Below, in pieces: positions 29,398 to 38,837 of a stretch of DNA of 64,000 bases (positions are counted from its first letter, which is position 1; every line of letters begins with the position of its first letter). A model generated the notes under the pieces. It ran no database searches. It was not told where the DNA came from and saw nothing but the letters and a program-made list of their open reading frames with translations. The stretch comes from Kofleriaceae bacterium (GTDB lineage Bacteria > Myxococcota_A > Polyangia > Haliangiales > Haliangiaceae), in contig JBKJLC010000202.1 of the NCBI GenBank assembly GCA_046597055.1, positions 1 to 64,000 of the forward strand. Reading direction: 5' to 3'. Made by a program: the position numbers and the translations under genes.

Positions 29398-32300
29398 ATG
29401 TTGAAACGATCGAACTCGTTCCGTGCCGTGGCGCTCGCCGTGGTCGTGCAGCTGGTCGCCCTCTCGTGTGGCGGCAAGCAGCCACCCAAGCAACCTGGGA
29501 CCGGTGGGGTCGGCGGCGGTCAGCCGCTGATCCAGACCGGCGACGCGCCGCCCGGCATCACGCTGCGGCTCTCCGACGGCAACCAGGGCCGGCCGGCCGC
29601 CGACCGCTCGAAGCTGCCGCCAGCGACCAAGCTGACCGACGCCGAGGCCGAAGCGATCCTGGCACGGCTGGCGCCGATCGGCGCCAAGCCCGACGACCAG
29701 GCCGGGTTCGCGCTCCGCGACCGCTCGACCCCGCCGCCGCGCACCGGCAAGACGCTTCGGGACAAGTTCCCGCCGCCGAACCCGTTCGCTGGCAAGCCGC
29801 CGAGCACCAACGACGCCGGCCAGGACCTGACGATCCTGCGCTGGGCGCCCGAGGGCGACGTGCCGCTGGCGCCGACGCTGCAGCTCACCTTCTCGCAGCC
29901 GATGATCGCGGTGACGTCGCAGGACGACGCGGCCAGGACGGTGCCGGTCACGCTGACCCCGACGCCGAAGGGACGCTGGCGCTGGCTGGGCACCCGCACC
30001 CTGATCTTCGATCCCGAGGTCCGGTTCCCGCAGGCGACGACGTACACGGTCGCGATCGCCAAGGGCACCAGCTCGGCGACCGGCAACGTCCTGAAGGACG
30101 GCAAGACCTTCACCTTCACCACCCCGGCGCCGCGGATGATGTCGATGTGGCCCGATCAGGGGCCGCAGCAGCTCGATACGCCCATGTTCGTGCTGTTCGA
30201 CCAGCGGATCGATCCGGCCGCGGTGCTGGCCACGATCAAGGTGGTGGCCAGCGGCAAGACCTACTCGACCCGCCTGCTCACGGCCGAAGAGGTCACGAAG
30301 CACGAGTCGATCTCCGGACTGGTCGCGTCGGCGAAGGCCAACCAGCAGGACGGTCGCTGGGTCGCGTTCCGCGCGGTCGAGACGTTTCCCAAGGACACCG
30401 CCATCACGGTGACGATCGGCCCCGGCACGCCGTCGGCCGAGGGCCCGAACCAGACCAAGGACCCGCAGGCCTACGACTTCGACACCTATCCGCCGCTCAA
30501 GATCGTGCGCGCCGAGTGCGGCTGGGGCGAGTGCCCGCCGGGCGCGCCGTTCACGATCGAGCTCAACAACGCGCTCGATCCCGACCAGTGGGACGACGCC
30601 CACATCGCGATCACGCCCGCGGTGCCGCGGCTGAAGATCGTCCAGAACGGCAACTACATCTCCGCCCAGGGCGCGACCGCCGGTCAGTCGACCTACCGGG
30701 TCCGGGTCTCGGGCGGGATCGTCGACAGCTTCGGCCAGACCCTCGGCAAGGACGCCGAGCTGACCTTCAAGGTCGGCAAGGCCTACCCGAACTTCTACGG
30801 TCCGTCGGGGATGATCGCGCTCGACCCCGCCGCCAAGCAGCCGTCGTTCGACGTCTTCTCGACCAACTACGACGCGCTCAAGGTCCAGCTCTACAAGGTC
30901 GAGCCCAAGGACTGGGCCGCCTACGGCTACTACCTGCAGCACCAGTGGGAGCGCCGGAAGCCGGCGCTGCCGGGGACCAAGGTCTTCGACGAGCGGATCG
31001 CCATCAAGGGCAAGGCCGACGAGCTCACCGAGACCAAGGTCGCGCTCGCCAAGGCGCTCGGTCGCGGTGGGCTCGGCCACGTGATCGCGGTGGTCGAGCC
31101 GACCCCGTGGACGCAGCAGTATGATGCGCCCCGGCTGGTGACCTGGATCCAGTCGACCCGGCTCGCGCTCGACGCCGCGGTCGACGCCGAGGAGATGCAC
31201 GCGTGGGTCAACCGGCTCGGCGACGGCGCGCCGGTCGCAGGCGCCCAGCTCGCGCTCCTGCCGTGGGGCACCTCGGGCAAGAGCGACGACCGCGGCCTGG
31301 CCCGGCTCGCGCTGCAGGACCGCGCGATGAAGGGGCCCAACCTCCTGGTCGCCCGCCTGGGCGACGACGTCGCGTTCCTGCCCGACAACAACGGCTGGTA
31401 CGGCGACAGCGGCCAGTGGCGCAAGCAGCCACGCACCGACGGCCTGGTCTGGTACGTCACCGACGATCGCCAGATGTACCGGCCCGGCGAGCAGGTTCAC
31501 CTCAAGGGCTGGATGCGCGTGCACCAGGGCCGGGAGGGCGGTGACATCGCCGGCGTGAGCGGGCTGGTGTCGTCGGTGAAGTACCGGGTGGTCGACCCGG
31601 TCGGCAACGAGATCACCACCGGCACCGCGCGGGTCTCGACCGTCGGCGGCTTCGACCTCGCGTTCACGTTGCCGAAGACGCCGAACCTGGGCTACGCCTC
31701 GGTCTACCTCGAAGCGCAGGGCCGCATGAGCGGCTCGACCCATCACGGCTTCCAGATCCAGGAGTTCCGCCGGCCCGAGTACGAGGTGTCGGCGCAGGCC
31801 AGCCAGGGCCCGCACCTGATCGGCGGCAGCGCCGACGTGACCGTGCAGGCCAGCTACTTCGCCGGCGGTGGCCTGCAGGGCGCCGACGTGGCGTGGAACG
31901 TGTCGGCCAGCGAGACCTCGTACACGCCGCCCAACCGCGACGACTTCACCTTCGGCGTGTGGACGCCGTGGTGGGGCTGGCGACGCGGTTGGTGGCAGGG
32001 TGACGAGCGGTCCGTGCCGGAGAAGACCTGGCAGCACACCGCCAAGACCGACGCCACCGGCGCCCACGTGCTGCACTTCGACTTCGTCAGCGCCAACCCG
32101 CCGGTGCCGATGAACGTGTCGGCGAGCGCGGCGGTGACCGACGTCAACCGCCAGCAGTGGACGGCCAGCTCGACCCTGCTGGTCCACCCGTCGAGCGTCT
32201 ACGTGGGCATGCGCACGCCGCGCGCGTTCGTCGAGCAGGGCCAGCCGATCGCGCTCGAGACGATCGCGGTCGACCTCGACGGCAAGGCCGTGATCGGCAC

Positions 32301-35300
32301 GACCATCGACGTCAAGACCGTGCGGCTCGACTGGGCCTTCGAGAAGGGCCAGTACGTCGAGAAAGAAGTCGATGCCCAGGGCTGCGCGCCGACCTCGGCC
32401 GCGACCGCGGTGAGGTGCGAGTTCGCGACCCCCGAGGGCGGTCAGTACAAGATCACCGCGCTGGTCGCCGACAGCCGGGGCCGGGCCAACAAGTCTCAGC
32501 TGACCGTGTGGGTGTCGGGCGGCGACACCCCGCCGGCGCGCGAGGTCGAGCAGGAGACCGTACAGATGATCCCGGACGCCAAGGAGTACCGCGCCGGCCA
32601 GACCGCCGAGCTGCTGGTGCAGGCGCCGTTCTATCCGGCCGAGGGCGTGCTCTCGATCCGGCGCTCGGGGGTGGTCTCGATCGAGCGGTTCACGATGACC
32701 GGCCCGACCCACACGGTGAAGGTGCCGATCACCGACGGCCACACGCCCAACGTCTACGTCCAGGTCGATCTGGTCGGCGCGGCGATGCGCACCGACGACA
32801 ACGGCAAGCCCGACGCGGCGCTGCCGAAGCGACCGGCGTATGCGAGCGGCACGCTCAACCTGCCGGTGCCACCGCGGCTGCGCACGCTGAAGGTCGAGGT
32901 CGCGCCGCGCGCGGCCAAGGTCGCGCCCGGTGACAAGGCGTTCTTCGACGTGGTCGTGCGCGACGCCGCCGGCAAGCCGGTGGCCGGCGCCGAGGTCGCG
33001 CTGATCGTGGTCGACGAGGCGGTGCTGTCGCTGACCGGCCACAAGCACGGCAACCCGATCGACGCGTTCTACAACCAGCGCGACGCGGGCGCGACCGATC
33101 ACCACCTGCGCGGCTTCGTGAAGCTGGCGCAGCCCGATGCCGGCATGCTCGCCGCCACCGGCACCGCGACCGCCGAGAGCGCGGTCGCGGACGGCATGGC
33201 CGGCGGGGCGCCGCCGCCGCCGCCCTCGCCGGTCGCCGCCGCCCCCGGCGCGCGGGGACGTCAGCCGAGCGACAAGCGGATGATGAAGGACGAGGTCGCC
33301 GACGCCGCCCCGCAGCAGGCCAACCAGGCGATCGCGGTCCGCACCAACTTCAACCCGCTGGCGGTGTGGTCGCCCGAGCTGACGACCGGCGCCGACGGCA
33401 AGGCGACGCTCGACGTGAAGATCCCCGACAACCTGACCCGCTACCGGGTGATCGCGATCGCGGCCCACGGGCCGCGCAACTTCGGCAAGGGCGAGAGCGC
33501 GATCACCGCGCGCATGCCGCTGATGGTGCGTCCGTCGCCGCCGCGGTTCCTCAACTTCGGCGACACCTTCGAGCTGCCGGTGGTGCTGCAGAACCAGACC
33601 GACCAGGCGATGGAGGTCAAGGTGGCGGTGCGCGGCTCCAACGCGGCGCTCACCGCCGGTCAGGGCCGCTCGATCACGGTCCCGGCCAACGACCGGGTCG
33701 AGGTCCGCTTCCCGGCCGCGGCCGAGATGGCGGGCACCGCCCGGTTCCAGCTCGCCGCCACCGCGGGCAGCTACGGCGACGCGGCCGAGGTCGCGCTACC
33801 GGTGTGGACGCCGGCGACCACCGAGGCGTTCGCGACCTACGGCCAGATCGACAGCGGCGCGGTGCGCCAGCCGGTCGCCCTGCCCGGCAAGGTCATCACC
33901 GAGTTCGGCGGCCTCGAGGTCGAGACCTCGTCGACCCAGCTGCAGGCGCTCACCGACGCCTTCCTCTACCTGGTCCGCTATCCGTTCGAGTGCTCCGAGC
34001 AGATCTCGTCGCGCATCGCCGGCATCGCGTCCTTGCGCGACGTGCTGACCGCGTTCAAGGCCGGCGGCCTGCCGGCCAAGGCCGAGCTCGAGGCCACGAT
34101 CGCCGAGGATCTCGAGCGCCTGTACAGCATGCAGAACGGTGACGGCGGGTTTCCGTTCTGGCAGCGCGGCCACGAGTCGTGGCCGTACCTGACCGTCCAC
34201 ATCACCAACGCGATGGTCCGGGCCAAGGCCAAGGGCTACCCGGTCGAGGCCGGGCCGCTCGACCAGGCGCTCGCGTACCTGAAGACGATCGAGCAGCGCT
34301 ATCCCGGCTACTACCCGGTCGAGATCCGCCGCACGATCACGGCGTACGCGCTGTACACGCGGATGCTGAACGGCGACCGCGACGTGACCCGGGCCCGCGC
34401 GCTCATCAAGGAGGCCGGCGGCGTCGCCAAGCTGTCGATGGAGGCCAACGGCTGGCTGCTCGGCGTGCTCGCGCAACAGGGCGCGGCGGCCGACGAGCGC
34501 AAGGCGCTCCTGCGCCACCTCGACAACAAGGTGAGCGAGACCGCGGCCGCGGCCAACTTCACCAGCGGCTACGGCGACGGCGCCCACCTGCTGCTGCACT
34601 CGGATCGCCGGGTCGACGCGATCATCCTCGAGTCGCTGATCGCCGAGCAGCGCGGCAGCGATCTCATCCCCAAGCTGGTGGTCGGCCTGCTCGGTCACGC
34701 CAAGGCCGGGCGCTGGACCAACACCCAGGAGAACGTGTTCGTCCTGTTCGCGCTCGACCTGTACTTCCGCGAGTTCGAGAAGGTGACCCCCGACTTCGTG
34801 GCCCGGGTCTGGCTGGGCGACGGCTACGCCGGCGAGCACGCCTTCAAGGGTCGCCAGACCGATCGCCACAACCTGGCGATCCCGATGAAGGTCGTGGCCG
34901 ACCAGGCCGCCGGCAAGCCGGCCGACCTCGTCATCCAGAAGGACGGCAAGGGCCGGCTCTACTACCGCATCGGCATGACCTACGCGCCGGCCGATCTCAA
35001 GCTGGCCGCGGCCGACTACGGCTTCACCGTGGTGCGGCGCTACGAGGCGGTCGACGATCCCGGCGATGTCGTCCGGCAACCGGACGGTACCTGGAAGATG
35101 AAGGCTGGCGCCCGGGTCCGGGTCCGGCTGTCGATGGTCGCCGAGAACCGCCGCTACCACGTCGCGCTGGTCGATCCGCTGCCGGCCGGGCTCGAGGCGA
35201 TGAACCCGGCGCTGGCGGTGACCGGCCCGATCCCGCAGGACCCGGCCGCGCAGAAGGGCCAGGACCGCTACTGGTACTGGTGGCGGACCTGGTACGAGCA

Positions 35301-35487
35301 CCAGAACCTGCGCGACGAGCGGGTCGAGGCGTTCACGTCGCTCCTGTGGGAGGGCGTGCACGAGTACACCTACGTCGCGCGTGCGACCACGCCCGGCAAC
35401 TTCGTGGTCCCGCCGGCCAAGGCCGAGGAGATGTACTTCCCCGAGACCTTCGGCCGCTCGGCCAGCGACCGCGTGATCGTGCAGTAG
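29398..35487 (+). CDS. Alpha-2-macroglobulin family lipoprotein
   Basis: AGGAG RBS, ALSC lipobox, N-terminal Ig-like repeats, TDDRQMYRPG, EFRRPEY, VRTNF, PDNLTRY, thioester YPFECSEQ, DPLPAGLE, AEEMYFPE. Confidence 0.95.
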   Translation: MLKRSNSFRAVALAVVVQLVALSCGGKQPPKQPGTGGVGGGQPLIQTGDAPPGITLRLSDGNQGRPAADRSKLPPATKLTDAEAEAILARLAPIGAKPDDQAGFALRDRSTPPPRTGKTLRDKFPPPNPFAGKPPSTNDAGQDLTILRWAPEGDVPLAPTLQLTFSQPMIAVTSQDDAARTVPVTLTPTPKGRWRWLGTRTLIFDPEVRFPQATTYTVAIAKGTSSATGNVLKDGKTFTFTTPAPRMMSMWPDQGPQQLDTPMFVLFDQRIDPAAVLATIKVVASGKTYSTRLLTAEEVTKHESISGLVASAKANQQDGRWVAFRAVETFPKDTAITVTIGPGTPSAEGPNQTKDPQAYDFDTYPPLKIVRAECGWGECPPGAPFTIELNNALDPDQWDDAHIAITPAVPRLKIVQNGNYISAQGATAGQSTYRVRVSGGIVDSFGQTLGKDAELTFKVGKAYPNFYGPSGMIALDPAAKQPSFDVFSTNYDALKVQLYKVEPKDWAAYGYYLQHQWERRKPALPGTKVFDERIAIKGKADELTETKVALAKALGRGGLGHVIAVVEPTPWTQQYDAPRLVTWIQSTRLALDAAVDAEEMHAWVNRLGDGAPVAGAQLALLPWGTSGKSDDRGLARLALQDRAMKGPNLLVARLGDDVAFLPDNNGWYGDSGQWRKQPRTDGLVWYVTDDRQMYRPGEQVHLKGWMRVHQGREGGDIAGVSGLVSSVKYRVVDPVGNEITTGTARVSTVGGFDLAFTLPKTPNLGYASVYLEAQGRMSGSTHHGFQIQEFRRPEYEVSAQASQGPHLIGGSADVTVQASYFAGGGLQGADVAWNVSASETSYTPPNRDDFTFGVWTPWWGWRRGWWQGDERSVPEKTWQHTAKTDATGAHVLHFDFVSANPPVPMNVSASAAVTDVNRQQWTASSTLLVHPSSVYVGMRTPRAFVEQGQPIALETIAVDLDGKAVIGTTIDVKTVRLDWAFEKGQYVEKEVDAQGCAPTSAATAVRCEFATPEGGQYKITALVADSRGRANKSQLTVWVSGGDTPPAREVEQETVQMIPDAKEYRAGQTAELLVQAPFYPAEGVLSIRRSGVVSIERFTMTGPTHTVKVPITDGHTPNVYVQVDLVGAAMRTDDNGKPDAALPKRPAYASGTLNLPVPPRLRTLKVEVAPRAAKVAPGDKAFFDVVVRDAAGKPVAGAEVALIVVDEAVLSLTGHKHGNPIDAFYNQRDAGATDHHLRGFVKLAQPDAGMLAATGTATAESAVADGMAGGAPPPPPSPVAAAPGARGRQPSDKRMMKDEVADAAPQQANQAIAVRTNFNPLAVWSPELTTGADGKATLDVKIPDNLTRYRVIAIAAHGPRNFGKGESAITARMPLMVRPSPPRFLNFGDTFELPVVLQNQTDQAMEVKVAVRGSNAALTAGQGRSITVPANDRVEVRFPAAAEMAGTARFQLAATAGSYGDAAEVALPVWTPATTEAFATYGQIDSGAVRQPVALPGKVITEFGGLEVETSSTQLQALTDAFLYLVRYPFECSEQISSRIAGIASLRDVLTAFKAGGLPAKAELEATIAEDLERLYSMQNGDGGFPFWQRGHESWPYLTVHITNAMVRAKAKGYPVEAGPLDQALAYLKTIEQRYPGYYPVEIRRTITAYALYTRMLNGDRDVTRARALIKEAGGVAKLSMEANGWLLGVLAQQGAAADERKALLRHLDNKVSETAAAANFTSGYGDGAHLLLHSDRRVDAIILESLIAEQRGSDLIPKLVVGLLGHAKAGRWTNTQENVFVLFALDLYFREFEKVTPDFVARVWLGDGYAGEHAFKGRQTDRHNLAIPMKVVADQAAGKPADLVIQKDGKGRLYYRIGMTYAPADLKLAAADYGFTVVRRYEAVDDPGDVVRQPDGTWKMKAGARVRVRLSMVAENRRYHVALVDPLPAGLEAMNPALAVTGPIPQDPAAQKGQDRYWYWWRTWYEHQNLRDERVEAFTSLLWEGVHEYTYVARATTPGNFVVPPAKAEEMYFPETFGRSASDRVIVQ

Positions 35488-35499
35488 CCGGGGCGTCGG

Positions 35500-36208
35500 T
35501 CAAAGCCGGCGGTGACGCCGGCGGTCACGGTGACCACGTCGGCGAAGCTGTCGCTGTCGAGCGCGGTCATCAGCGCCACCTGGGGGACCACGCGGCCGGC
35601 CGCGCGGTACTCGGCCGAGATCGTGCCGGCGTGATAGAAGCGGTCCTCGTCCTCGTCGAGCGTGCCCGTGGAGAAGATCGTGGTGACCTCGGCCGAGGCG
35701 GCGAAGCGCGGCTCGGCGTAGCCGACGCCGACGCTGACGTGCCCCATCGGATCGATCGGGCCCGCGCCCATCACGCTCTCGTTGTCGAGGCCGATGTCGA
35801 ATCCGACGTCGCCACGCACGAACAGGTTGCCCTGCTGGTAGGTCGGCGTCACGCCGAGCCGCAGCCACATGGTGTCGGGGATCGCCAGCACCTGGTCGCG
35901 GATGCGGGAGCCGGTCGACAGCAGGTTCACGATCATGCCGGCGTCGTCGTCGGACGTCGGCAGGGTGAGGCCGGCGTGGGCAGCGAGGGTCAGCTGCGGG
36001 GACAAGATGTGCTGGTACATGCCGCCGAGCTCGACGTTCGACAGCGCGGTCTGCTCGTTCGCGGCCGGCGCGAACGGGTTGCCGTTGTCCTCGTCGAGGA
36101 AGCTCTTGCTGACCGCCACGTTGCCGTCGACGCCGAAGCCGCGCGGATCGAGGTACGCGCCGTCGAGATCGAGCCGCGACACCATGCCGGCGTCGTCGAA
36201 GAAGCCGC
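35500..36208 (-). pseudogene. 5'-truncated outer-membrane beta-barrel gene with damaged stop
   Basis: Amphipathic beta-strands ending VTAGVTAGF. GGC TTT GA looks like GGC TTy TGA minus one base, so the frame reads through into the A2M gene. No signal peptide in any frame. Confidence 0.55.
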
Positions 36209-36377
36209 ACGCGCAGCACCAGGTCTGCCGGTCTGTGCCGGCAACCTTGTTCACGACCTGTGAACGTTCAGCGTGAAAGAACGCCGCGGACCCGGCCGAC
36301 GGTGTGCGCCAGGTCGCGTCGAACCGCGCCCGGCCATCCGACGAGACGGTTGCGCGCCGCGCGCGCATCATGGGTAC

Positions 36378-36926
36378 GTGGACATCCTGCTGTTCGGCGC
36401 GCCCCGGCTCGAGCGATGGGACCGCCGCGCCTTCCATCCGATGCACGCGGACCCGCGCGATCGCCACGACGCGTACGAGCGCGACCTCGCGCCGGAGCCG
36501 CCGGGCGAGCCGGGACCGCGGTTCCGGCGGGTCGCCGCCGCGATCCGCCGCTATCAGATCTTCCCGCCCGGCCTGGTCGAGGGCGTGCTGCGCCGGCCGG
36601 TCGAGGTCGACGACACCGTCGGCATCCACTACCGCGGCCTGCGCCTGGTACGGCTGTTCTTCGCGGCGCGCGTGATCGCGACGTTCGACGAGGCCGAGGC
36701 GGGCTGGTGGCGGGCCGGCTTCCGCTACCGCACGCTGGTCGGCCATCCCGAGCTCGGCGAGGAGACCTTCGTGATCGAGAAAGAGCTGGCGACCGGCCGG
36801 ATGCGGGTCGCGCTGCGGAGCTGGAGCCGCCCCGGCACCCGGATCGCACGAATGTTCGCCCCGGTGGTCCGCCGGCTCCAGGTCCATGCCAGCGAGCGCG
36901 CGGTCGACCACCTCGCGCGCGGCTGA
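36378..36926 (+). CDS. DUF1990 family protein
   Basis: AGFRYRTLVGHPELGEETF...SWSRP motif. Confidence 0.8.
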   Translation: MDILLFGAPRLERWDRRAFHPMHADPRDRHDAYERDLAPEPPGEPGPRFRRVAAAIRRYQIFPPGLVEGVLRRPVEVDDTVGIHYRGLRLVRLFFAARVIATFDEAEAGWWRAGFRYRTLVGHPELGEETFVIEKELATGRMRVALRSWSRPGTRIARMFAPVVRRLQVHASERAVDHLARG

Positions 36927-36968
36927 TCTAACGCCGTTCACGCCGCCGAGGCGCGATACCCTGGGGCC

Positions 36969-37676
36969 ATGCGCTTGCTCCTGCCTGTCTGTCTCGCGCC
37001 GTGCGCCTCGCTCCTGCTGCTCGCCTGCGGCAACGTGACCCCGGAAGAGGACGTCCTCGCCTGCGACGACGTCGCCGGCGTGCTGGCCTGCAACACCTTC
37101 GAGGCGGAGGACCCGCTGTGGACCACGCTGGTCGATCGTGGCGTCGCCGTGCTCGACGAGAGCGATCCCGGCGACGGCGCGAAGGCGCTGCGCGCGACCG
37201 TCGCGATCGGCGGCGGCAAGGCGGTGCGGACCCGCGCGCTCGAGACGGTCGACCGGTACTACGCGCGGTTCCTGGCCAACCTGCCGACCACCGCCGACGC
37301 CACCGGCCTGTCGCTCATGCACCTCGGCGAGCCGGTCGCGCCCTACCTCGGCATCAGCATCGAGGTCTCCGCCGGCATGCTCGGCGTCGGCGTGCAGCCC
37401 GCCGACGTCTACGCCTACCCGACGCCGATGCCGCGCGACCGCTGGGTCTGCCTCGAGCTCGAGCTGGTGGTGTCCGAGACCGGCGGCCGCGTGATCCTGC
37501 GCGCCGACGGCGCGACCGTCCTCGATCGCAGCGGCATCGACACCCGCCCCGCCGCCGGCATCGGCGATCTCGAGGTCGGCCTGACCTACGTCGCCCCCGA
37601 GGCCACCGCCGGCACCACCGTGCAGATCGACGAGGTCGTCGTCGCCCGCGAGCCGCTGCCGGCCTGCCCGCAGTAG
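36969..37676 (+). CDS. Lipoprotein with ConA/jelly-roll-like (polysaccharide-lyase-like) domain
   Basis: LLAC lipobox, LACNTFE, YYARF, PRDRWVCLEL, VQIDEVVVAR pattern. Confidence 0.7.
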   Translation: MRLLLPVCLAPCASLLLLACGNVTPEEDVLACDDVAGVLACNTFEAEDPLWTTLVDRGVAVLDESDPGDGAKALRATVAIGGGKAVRTRALETVDRYYARFLANLPTTADATGLSLMHLGEPVAPYLGISIEVSAGMLGVGVQPADVYAYPTPMPRDRWVCLELELVVSETGGRVILRADGATVLDRSGIDTRPAAGIGDLEVGLTYVAPEATAGTTVQIDEVVVAREPLPACPQ

Positions 37677-37751
37677 CCGCGAGCCTGGGTCAGCGCGCCC
37701 TGCCCGTGCGGGTGCGGATCAGACCGCCGCTTCCCCCCGTCGGCGCTCGCA

Positions 37752-38327
37752 TCACGGTCCTGGAGAGTACGGCAAGGATGAGTGGTGCAAGACGATGCGG
37801 AGCGTGCCGTCGGACGCGAGCCGGTATCCAAAGGTCTTGTCGACGACAACCTCCTTTCCGCTCTTGTCCCCCAAGGTGACGTTGCCCATCGCGAGGGCGA
37901 GTTTGCCGTCGACCACGGTGCCCTTGACGACAGCTTGACAGCTGGTCCAGGGCTTCAGCGCGAAGCCGGTGTCGTCGGGGTAGCTCGAATCTCCCCCGAC
38001 GAAGTAGGCGAGCGCACCCTCCTTGCTCATGCGGAAGGTCTGAGCGCCGAAGGTCAGCGTGGGCTTGAAGAGCACGCTGCCGTGGTCGAAGTCGTAGGCT
38101 GTCGACAGCACGGTTGCTGCGAACGCCCTCGCGTCGCCGCCGGCTGCGCCGAGCCGGCTGATCTCGAGCAGCGCACCGCACCAGGCGCGTTGCGCGTCGT
38201 CGATCTGGGCGACGCTGATCGGCGCCGTCGGTGGCGAGACAGGCGTGGTAGGTGGCGGGGCGCGCCCACACGCTTGGAGGAAAACAAGGATACAGACGGT
38301 CGGAGCGACGCGAATCAATCGACGCAT
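37752..38327 (-). CDS. Iota-class (COG4337-type) carbonic anhydrase, lipoprotein
   Basis: LQAC lipobox. VLFKPTL, ALAYFVGG, GFALKPW, AMGN, DKTFGY and terminal LHHSSLPY. Confidence 0.8.
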   Translation of the reverse strand: MRRLIRVAPTVCILVFLQACGRAPPPTTPVSPPTAPISVAQIDDAQRAWCGALLEISRLGAAGGDARAFAATVLSTAYDFDHGSVLFKPTLTFGAQTFRMSKEGALAYFVGGDSSYPDDTGFALKPWTSCQAVVKGTVVDGKLALAMGNVTLGDKSGKEVVVDKTFGYRLASDGTLRIVLHHSSLPYSPGP

Positions 38328-38379
38328 GTTGACAACTCTCGTGGTGAGGGATGAGTGGGGCACGGGTATGAGGGGCCTC

Positions 38380-38724
38380 TCAGTCAAAGACTTCCCCGAG
38401 GAGACCGGTGACGACAAAGAGGGCGCCCAGCACGAGGCCTACGTGCGCCAGGCCTGGCAGTGCCAGCCACTCGTCGTGCCACGAGGCGGGCAGGACCGCC
38501 GTCGTGAGCGCGAAGTACACGTCCGACAAGGCCGCCCAGGCCCCGAGCGAGGAAGCGAGCGCCATGCCGGCCAGGCAGAGCAGCAACGCGCCTCCAGCCA
38601 GCAGCCCCCACGAGTAGAAGTGCGGGTGACGCCGCCGGCTCCAGCCTCCCTCATGCGGGTCGGCGCGGCGACGCTGGCCGCGTCGTTCACGACTACGTTG
38701 GAACTGGTCGAGGTCGAGATCCAT
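38380..38724 (-). CDS. Small two-TM hypothetical protein
   Basis: Two hydrophobic stretches, co-oriented with the CA gene. No clear RBS. Confidence 0.4.
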   Translation of the reverse strand: MDLDLDQFQRSRERRGQRRRADPHEGGWSRRRHPHFYSWGLLAGGALLLCLAGMALASSLGAWAALSDVYFALTTAVLPASWHDEWLALPGLAHVGLVLGALFVVTGLLGEVFD

Positions 38725-38837
38725 GACAACAGGCTAGACACTTGCGGCCGCACGTCACTGTCGAAGTTCCGACGTCGCGCTTCGGGAATCCCGCACCGTG
38801 GCCTGGTCGTCGAACCACAGCAACGTTCATGGCGCGG

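Noticed and set aside
37752..38327. hisI (phosphoribosyl-AMP cyclohydrolase) label often given to this family
   Set aside because: Lacks the HisI Cys/Asp metal motifs. It has a lipobox and the HHSS motif of iota-CA.
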